Source of the DNA: Octopus vulgaris
Taxonomy: Eukaryota
Assembly (NCBI GenBank): GCA_951406725.2
Contig: OX597824.1
Span: 65,286,001 to 65,350,000, forward strand
Direction of reading: 5' to 3'
DNA: 64,000 nucleotides
In this document: piece by piece, positions 54,962 through 64,000 of the stretch
Layout: every line of letters starts with the position of its first letter
How positions within the stretch are numbered: the first letter of the stretch is position 1
Position numbers and translations under genes: made by a program
The notes under the pieces: model-generated
What the model saw: only the letters and a program-made list of their open reading frames with translations
What the model was told of the DNA's origin: nothing
The model's database searches: none

Positions 54962-55419
54962 GTTTTGTTGAATTTTCTGCTGCTTTTAAATAAAGTATAT
55001 ATATATATATATATATATATATGATATTCTTCTTTTAATTTCTGTCCACTGAATACACACTCAAGGCTTTGATTACCACAAGGCTATAGTAGAAGTCACT
55101 TGTCCAAGGAACCATGCATTGGAGCTGAACCTGAAATCATATGGCTAAGAATCAAAATTCTCAACCATAGACCAATTTGTGTGTGATATGTATAAGAGTT
55201 TTTGTATCTTTATGTGTAATGGTTTCCTTTTTGGAGAGTAAGTTTGGTGCTGATGGCAGAAACAGATCAAATGTTGCATTGTGGTGAGCTACATATTTCT
55301 GAGCTCAAATCTTTTTGGATATCATGTTGGTTTTTGTCAGTAATATATTGTAAAAGCCAATTGAGAAAATCCTTTCATCCATAAATGTGTAACACACACC
55401 TACACATACTAACTTATAT

Positions 55420-55670
55420 ATATAAATAGGAAAAGACAGTCTTTATATCCGGTTTAACAAAGATGTATTGTTAGAATGCTGACTGCTGCAGTATTCACCT
55501 TATCAGGTCTAAGAATTGTCTTGCTTGGGTGTCTGCTATGATATATGTCTGTGCTTTTATGCACCATGTAGTCTATCACAGAACCTCTCAAAGCGAGTAC
55601 CACAGTATTCAGCATTCTAACAATATAGCCACATTAAGTTGTACATAAAAATTGCCTTTTGATATTCATA
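55420..55670. repeat. Inverted-repeat element (about 80-bp imperfect arms, 17-bp perfect core)
   Basis: tattgttagaatgctga (55466-55482) / tcagcattctaacaata (55609-55625), with weaker complementarity on both sides. Confidence 0.7.
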
Positions 55671-56766
55671 CTGCTTCCTCATTTATAATTGAATATATAT
55701 ATAGTCAAAGGAAGTCAAGTATGTGTGAACATAGATTGTGTGTATGTTTGTGTGCATGTATTTGCTGATATGCTTTAATATGCCCGTTTTATTCAGTTTA
55801 AATTCTCACCTTCCTTCCATCTGTACCTCTATACATTCTTTCTATATATATATATTTATTATTGTCTTTTATTGTCTTTTAGTCCTAGGTCAGCCTGGAT
55901 CATGCTGACCTATGACCAAAACATTACAGTTGTAAATGTCTCATCTTTTCTCAGGCACATGTATTTATTACATTTTATAGGTGTCCTTCCTTTTTTATGG
56001 TAATAAGGTGTGATTTAAGTGAAAATCAGTTTCAAATTTTAGCAGGTTTAGAAACTGTTTATAGGTTCTCTTGTTGGATCAATATGTTTCTGTGTTATAG
56101 AAGGGAAATAGCTGCATTGATAAAGTAATTGTATTGCCTGTTTATAATTTACAAGTTTAAACCCACTTAAATTATTTGACTCTGATTCTTAGCAGGTGCT
56201 CTTGCCCATAGGGAATTGGTATCAAATCTAGGAATGTTACCACCGTTAGCCAAGAGGAAAATTCTCATTTATTTACTAAATGCAACAAATTTAATTGTTA
56301 AGTACCAATTAGACACATCTCTGAATTATATAGAGATTTTGCTGTCCATATCTGTGTGTGTCTTTTTATAACAGTTGGACAGCTTGGCTTCTGGCATTTG
56401 TATATGTTATACTAAGTGAAAATAGTGAAGTGCAGTTAAATGCAGTCAACTGCATTTGATGTAATGATTGCAGTTGAATTTAAAGGGAATGATTTCATAA
56501 TGAAGGAATTGGCAAAGAAATTTGCTTTTTATTGATTAGAAAGTTCTTTTACAGGAAAATTGTTCCTCAAACATCAAACACTGATCAAACAACTTCTTCA
56601 GACATTAAGTGTTTGTAGATGAAAGGTGCTGAAATGTTCTGTTGAATGCATAGAAGCATATCAAGTTCACAGTTGATGTGTGCAATCACATATTATTATA
56701 GGAATACAGCTTTGATGGCTGACAGATAGTTTATTTCTCTCTCTCTCCCTACCCATGTGTGTGTGC

Positions 56767-56825
<59 letters not shown>

Positions 56826-57292
56826 CACAAATACACACCACATGCTGAAATTCATGCATGTAAATTTATGTATATTTATGTAAATTTTTTTGATGTAAGT
56901 TTTCATGTGCACACTTATGTAATTCTTTTCATGTATGGATTTGTGTATGTGTGAGTACAACCAGATGCCCTTACTGCTGCAAGCACACATCTGTTTTCAA
57001 TCAAAATATTATTTCCCCATGGGTAGAAATTTTTTTTTTCACAGAAGACTGTAAATGAAGGACATCACTTGCATGATGGTGACACTTGAGTACAAATAAT
57101 GCACAATGTCAAGACAAGGAGATCCTTCCACACACACACAGCGAGCTTCTTTCAGTGTCCATCTACTTGATTCACTCACAAATCTTTAATTGGTCTGCAG
57201 CTATAGTAGAAGACACTTGCCCAAGCTGCCATGCAGTGAGACTGGTTCAAAAACTACATAGCTGGCTGGGTAGCAAACTCCTTAAACATACA

Positions 57293-57341
<49 letters not shown>

Positions 57342-58067
57342 AGAGAGAGGGAGAGAGAGAGAGATACAGACACATATATACCTATACATATATACACACA
57401 CACAAACATGTGTACATACAAGTAACTATGCACATATGCTCTGACATATGCGTGTAAGCTTGCATGTGCAATTGTGTATATACATATATATATTTATATA
57501 TACATACACATTTATAAACTGTAACATACATACACATGCATGCACACACATACACATATATATATATGCATGTATGGTCATGCATAAATGTAGATGTGTG
57601 GCAGCATCTATTTGTGTCTCTATAGTTGGTGCATCGTGTTGTCTGTGATGGGAAATGTTATGCAGTTACAGTATGCTGCAGAGTGATATATAAACATTTT
57701 TGTAGTTGAGGAATGATATATAACAGCAGCACGTTTATTTGTGATGGAAAACTGATGTGTAGCGCTGGAGTGGTTGTAAACTACTATAGTGGAAGTTTAC
57801 TATTGTAATAACTGAGTCACTATGTTCAACTATCTTCTAGCAGATGTGTGTGTGTGTGTGCGCGCATGTATATACATATATTTTTTTTTATTAATATGTA
57901 ACAAAATTTACAGAGTGACTCAAGGTCTGAGAGTTTCGTGCACTGGCACTTATCAAACTCTTGGACCTTGAGTCACTCTGTTACTTCTGCTAAATATTAA
58001 TAAAAATATACATATACCTATATTCTGAGTTCTATTTTTCCTGTTTGCATTACCATACCTGTATGTA

Positions 58068-58101
<34 letters not shown>

Positions 58102-58143
58102 TGTGCGTGCATGCGTGCGTGCGTGTGTGTATGTATGTATGTA

Positions 58144-58174
<31 letters not shown>

Positions 58175-58987
58175 ATAAATATATATCTGGTATATACGGG
58201 TATAAACTGGTGTATAAATATATATAACTGGTATATACTGGTTATATATAACTGGTGTGTGTGTATAAATATATATAACTGGTATAGCCAATTCATACAT
58301 TGTCTGATCAGCATTCTAATATATGTGTTTGCCCCCCCTCTCTCTCTCATACATGTATGTGTGTGTGTATATATCTATCTGTCTATCTGTGTACATGTCA
58401 TCATCATTGTTGTTGTTGTTTTAACATTTACATTTCCCAGCTTGCATAGGTCAGGCATACAGCAGTGAGGCAGATTTTCTGTGGCCGGATGCCCTTCCTG
58501 TCTCTAACCCTTACCTGTTTCCAAGTTAAGTAATATTTTCTCATGGCCAGACATGTTTCGATGGAAGATAGGAAATGAATGACACAGCTTGTATGATGCT
58601 GACACTCATTTGCAACTATTGTGCAATGTCATGACAAGGGTACAGAAACACTCATGCATTCATGTGTGCACACACATGCATACACATACGCACAAAACTG
58701 CACATAAACACATATATGCTATGGGATTTTTCAGTTTCCATCTACTAAATCCACTCACAAGGTTTTGGTTGGCCTGAGGCTGTAGTAGTAGACACTTACT
58801 CAAAGAGCCATGCAATAGGACTAAACCCCAAACCACATGGTTATGAAGCAAACGTCTTAACCACACAGTTATACCTGTGCCTATATATCCATATTCTGGT
58901 TGAACTAGTACTTTCATGCATTAAACGTTGCAATCTTCAGGTTCATGTAGTAGTGGTGACAGTTATGTTTTACAGTTTACAACTGTA

Positions 58988-59028
<41 letters not shown>

Positions 59029-59081
59029 TTGTGTATGTATGTATGTATGTATGTATATATATGTATATATATATATGTATG

Positions 59082-59128
<47 letters not shown>

Positions 59129-59277
59129 ATATTAATTAGAGACAAAACCACTATTATGCAAATCAAACAAAGAAAGACTTAATCCAATACATAAAAAATT
59201 TTCGGTGCCCCAGCATGGCCACAGCTCATGAGCTGAAACTAGAAAATCAAAAAAAAAAAATCAAAAAATTAAGATAT

Positions 59278-59323
59278 CCACTACAATCGTTTCTTGTCAC
59301 TTCTATTGACATTCATCAGGTGG
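59278..59323 (-). ncRNA. Type I hammerhead motif (left arm)
   Basis: Reverse complement: CCAC CTGATGA ATGTCA ATAGAAG TGACAA GAAAC GATT GTA GTGG. Confidence 0.7.
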
Positions 59324-59362
59324 TTTCAAGACCTTCTTTGCAATGCAAAGAAGGTCTTGAAA

Positions 59363-59408
59363 CCACCTGATGAATGTCAATAGAAGTGACAAGAAACGAT
59401 CGTAGTGG
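59363..59408 (+). ncRNA. Type I hammerhead motif (right arm)
   Basis: CCAC CTGATGA A TGTCA ATAGAAG TGACA A GAAAC GATC GTA GTGG: stem I CCAC/GTGG, stem II TGTCA/TGACA (A.A at the core-proximal pair), palindromic stem III ACGATCGT, GUA site. Confidence 0.75.
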
Positions 59409-59591
59409 ATATCTTAATTATATTTAATTTATATAAAATTTTTTATGTATTGGATTAAGTCTTTCTTTGTTTGATTTGCATAATAGTGGTTTTGTCTCTA
59501 ATTAATATTATTTTATATTTTACTATAAAATTGGATTCAATCCTAAATCTGATTTTTCCCTGTAAATTTGGATTAATTCCCTAATATTTAT

Positions 59592-59594
<3 letters not shown>

Positions 59595-59629
<35 letters not shown>

Positions 59630-59751
59630 TTATATATGTATGTATTTATATATGTATGTATATATATATATGTGTATGTATATATATATATGTACATATA
59701 TATATGTATATATATATATATATGTATGTATATATATGTACTATATATATA

Positions 59752-59791
<40 letters not shown>

Positions 59792-59889
59792 TGTAATATA
59801 TATATATATATATATACAATATATATATATGTATATATATATATGTACATATATATATGTATATATATATATATATGTATGTATATATA

Positions 59890-59934
<45 letters not shown>

Positions 59935-60020
59935 GTACATATATATATATATAATACACATATATATATATACATACATATATGTGTGTGTATAAACACA
60001 CACACATACACACACATATA
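59595..60020. repeat. Compound (TA)n microsatellite with an internal duplicated block
   Basis: TA tract with repeated tgtacatatatatatgtat units. Confidence 0.97.
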
Positions 60021-60424
60021 GTTGAAATTTATAGAAAAACAAAACACGAAGACAGATGTATGAACAACAAGCTAGTGTATTAGTTTGATGCTTAGGAAAG
60101 TGAGAAAGTCTTTTACATTTTGAGCCTACACTCTTCAACAGAAAGGAATAAGAGAAAATAAACAGAGAGAGAATAAAACAGCTTGTGGATTTAGTAGTCA
60201 AGCTATATATGTATGTGTAACTACATGTGGACTGTTGGCGACTTTTCCTCCTTCCTTCTATTCTCTTGGACTTTCCTGTGTCTCCTGTTTCTGAAGAAGA
60301 GCTTTGCTTGAAATGTAAAAAAACCACTCCTTTCCTTCTCTGCACATCTTATTGATACTTTGTACTATGTCTTCACATGGTTTTTTTTTTTGTCTTTTTT
60401 CTGTTTTTTTATTTTTATTATTTG

Positions 60425-60452
60425 TATATGTATGTATGTGTGTGTGTGTATA

Positions 60453-60499
<47 letters not shown>

Positions 60500-60686
60500 A
60501 TGTATGTATGTATGTATGTATATGTATGTATGTATGTATATATATGTATGTATGTATGTATATATATGTATGTATGTATATATATGTATGTATGTATATA
60601 TATGTATGTATGTATATATATGTATGTATGTATATATATGTATGTATGTATATATATGTATGTATGTGTATGTATATATATGTATG

Positions 60687-60746
<60 letters not shown>

Positions 60747-60750
60747 TGTG

Positions 60751-60783
<33 letters not shown>

Positions 60784-60928
60784 GTATATATGTATATATG
60801 TATATATATATGTATGTATGTATATATTTATGTATGTATATATATATGTATGTATATATATATATGTATGTATATATATATATATGTATGTGTATGTATA
60901 TATATATATATGTATGTGTATGTATATA

Positions 60929-61004
<76 letters not shown>

Positions 61005-61065
61005 TGTATGTTTATATATATATATGTATATATTTATATATATGTTTGTGTGCGTGCGTGTGTGT

Positions 61066-61097
<32 letters not shown>

Positions 61098-61153
61098 TTA
61101 TATATATATATGTATATATTTATATATATGTGTGTGCGTGTGCGTGTGTCTGC

Positions 61154-61200
<47 letters not shown>
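60425..61200. repeat. Compound (TG)n/(TATG)n/(TA)n microsatellite
   Basis: Includes several tandem 18-bp tatatatatgtatgtatg units; source of the 280-aa spurious ORFs. Confidence 0.98.
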
Positions 61201-61201
<1 letters not shown>

Positions 61202-61835
61202 CATTTGAATGTCCATTAAAAAATTTTTTCAGGCAAGATAACAGAGTGTGTTCAGGGTAAATATGAGTAGTATATGAAAGAGTGTGTCACAGCTGCATTC
61301 CCTTTTCTTAGATATAAGTTATTGTTGTTGCATGATTGAAGTTGGCTTTGACTGAGCAGAAGCTATGATTAGAAGCATTCCTGCCATGACCATTCCATCC
61401 CATCTTCCAGTACTTTATTCTGTTTTTTGAAATGGCAGGGTATAACTTGAGAGAAATTTGGTTACTATTTCTTGCAATTCAAAGAACCTTGTGATGGCCC
61501 CTTGTTAACTCATAAAGTATTGTATGTAGTAGAGAGGTGATGAAACTGCTGTTTAACATGCTTCTGGACAGAGTAGTGCACAGTTAGTGTGTTTCAGTTG
61601 AATGATATTAAATTTTGCAAATAGATACCCTTTCCTTTGATTTTAACTTTTATTTTTCAACTAGACTTATTTTACTACTATCAACACTCCTTTATGATGG
61701 CAGACTCCTTCGATGTATTTATTCCACATCCCCTACTCAGCCCCTTTAACTAGTCAATGGCTAAAAATATATTTCTGCGTATGTGTGCACACGCATGTGT
61801 GTGTTATTGTATGAAAAATATTGTGTGGAAAGTAC

Positions 61836-61874
<39 letters not shown>

Positions 61875-62173
61875 AAGAGTGAGAGAGAGAAAGAGAGAGA
61901 GGGGGGTGTTAACAATCACAAACTAACATCAACTAAATAGATATTAAATTTCATTACATTATTGGTACCTAATTTATTGATTTTTATTTTATTGATTCCT
62001 GTTTTATGTGAAGCAGTGGTGATTCTATCAAGATTTGCACTTAACAATATAAAGAACTGCATTAAGATTTGAATCATCTCCACAACACTACTATACCCAC
62101 TGTGCCAGCTCTGCTACTCTAACCTTTTCAGGAAGATAGCACTGAACTCTGTATGCTACAATATATATATGCA

Positions 62174-62204
<31 letters not shown>

Positions 62205-62273
62205 GCGCGCGCATATACATTCACACATACAAACATAATATAGATATTGTGTGTGCATGTGCATGTATGTATG

Positions 62274-62305
<32 letters not shown>

Positions 62306-62668
62306 AATGCTATTACATTAATATAAAATTCATTTTTTAAGTATTCTTCTAGTTTATCCATTTCTCTTGCTTGCTCATCTTCATTTATTTCACCTCTTTT
62401 ATTTCTACATCAGTTTTCTACTCTCTCTCTCTTCCACACACAAAATACCTTCATCAATTAAAACCCTACGAAATTTTTTTACTAATGTTTATGGAAGCAT
62501 TAACTCTGAGACAGAAATATTGACAAACACATGTTCAAGAACTCCTAACATCTGTTGCTGAATGTTGGTTTGTCTTGTTAAACCTGTTATTCAGTTTGGT
62601 ATGACTCATACATCTTCCGAGAAGAGTCTCTGCATGTCTGTGTACAAGAATGTGTATATATTTATGTA

Positions 62669-62708
<40 letters not shown>

Positions 62709-64000
62709 CATGCATATTAATGTTTGTGCATGATTATACATTCACGTAAGGGTTTGCATGTCTGTCTATTGTTGTGTATGTGTTTGGTGTAGTTACATAT
62801 TTGGTTGTGGATTTGTGTATGTGTACAATCAGATGTGCATGCAAATGCAATGTGCCTGCACGTTCTTCATTCTCTTTCACTGTCTCCACTCTTTCTCTTT
62901 CTTACCCCTTCTCTTTCTCTCCCTCTTTCTTTTCCATATCTCAAATTACAAACACACACACACACCAGATTTAGTTTTGCTTCTGTTCTGTCCATTTCCT
63001 CCCCACCATCTTTTTACCTCGAAAGAAGATTCCTCTTTGATTGCAACGGCTCGAGGCTAATTATGCATTTCTTGCATTTTCATTCGTTCGTCAATCTAGA
63101 TAATCCATCATTCTTCTTGTGTTCACCTCCTCCTCTTCTTTCTCTTAACTTTTTCGTGGTTTTGTTTTCTTGTGTTGTGTTTTATTTATATATTTCACCT
63201 CTGTCTGTGTGTCGGTGTCCCTACAAATACCTATCTTTCTGCTACACTTCTATCTGAGATCTTTTACAAAACTTTTTGTATATACTTTTTCATTATTTTG
63301 TTTTATTTAAAAAAAGTATTGTTAATTTTTTTTTATTAATATTTTTGTTTTTTGACATCATATTTTTCTGCATTGAGTGAGAAGTTCTCGCTAAGGATTT
63401 TTCAAGATTTTTTGTATATATTCATATAGTGCACATCTATGCTTCTGTATTTGCATAGTGTGTTTGTGTGTAAATGCATGTTCATGCACTTGTATGAACG
63501 TGTGTGTGTGTGGTATGCATACATATATGTATAAGCATTTGTATATATCTATATTGTATGTGTTTGTATATATGCATATGTGTGTTTGTATATATGTTAA
63601 TGTATGTGTTTTTATATCTGTACATTATATATATACATATATATATAGCAGATTCTCCTATCATATTTGATGTATGAGAGTCTAACAGTCGATATAAGTC
63701 CTTGGGCATATATATATATATATATATATAATCATTCAGCCACGGTAGTGGTTGAATATATTAAGTCCACCATTTAGTCAGTCACAGCAGCTTCCAAGCT
63801 TTACCACTAATTCAGTTCTTGACTAAACTGCAAACTGTTAACAGTTTTAAAGAAGACACCTTCTCAGCTACACTTTGGCATAAATAGTTTGAGATTTGGT
63901 TCAGTTGAAAAAATTACATCAAAATATCTGCGACCTCAAGGGGTCAGTAAGGCACCTATTCACCTTCAATTAACATAAACTTTTTAATTTTAAAATAAAG

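Larger units (their letters stand above)
54824..55000. repeat. Near-perfect palindrome (82-bp core arms 54829-54910 / 54914-54995, loop AAT) with leader 54760-54823, TA-flanked
   Basis: One mismatch only within the core arms (GGGA vs GGAA loop). Confidence 0.97.
59125..59512. repeat. Long palindrome centred at 59343, with a SINE-tail insertion in the left arm and a one-sided tail to about 59590, TA-flanked
   Basis: aataatattaattagagacaaaaccactattatgcaaatcaaacaaagaaagacttaatccaatacataaaaaatttt has an exact reverse complement at about 59435-59512; the inner arms are near perfect. Confidence 0.97.

Noticed and set aside
56705-56760. Fragments resembling miR-2 (cagctttgatg) and miR-71 (acatgggtag, minus strand)
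   Set aside because: The seeds are absent and there is no pre-miRNA hairpin; chance matches.
59581-61219. 250-282 aa ORFs
   Set aside because: Microsatellite artefacts, as above.

Overview
Very AT-rich, CpG-depleted, microsatellite-dense eukaryotic DNA. The repeat repertoire and (TA)n/(TG)n density resemble an octopod cephalopod genome (inference; no search was run). No host protein-coding exon can be supported, and almost all supplied ORFs are translations of microsatellites or SINEs. The window is a transposon landscape: many copies of two tRNA-derived SINE families, RTE-clade LINE relics, a HERO-type LINE 3' end, a degenerate hAT-Blackjack element with intact TIRs, a degenerate Tc1/mariner element, several MITEs (mariner, Tc1, hAT-Charlie, piggyBac) and the 5' part of a Penelope-like element. 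The most striking unexplained structure is a set of sequence-unrelated, (TA)n-flanked long palindromes. Two of them (54824-55000, 59125-59512) carry type I hammerhead ribozyme motifs in both arms, i.e. one on each strand, with palindromic or near-palindromic stem III (dimer-type). A canonical hammerhead of the same architecture lies just upstream of the Penelope-like ORF (47234-47336). Together these suggest non-autonomous, fold-back, ambisense hammerhead retroelements mobilised by Penelope-like elements into TA microsatellites. Candidate cis-regulatory islands (RFX X-boxes, an E-box cluster, a CpG-rich patch) are also noted. Coordinates were counted by eye, and repeat boundaries are approximate.
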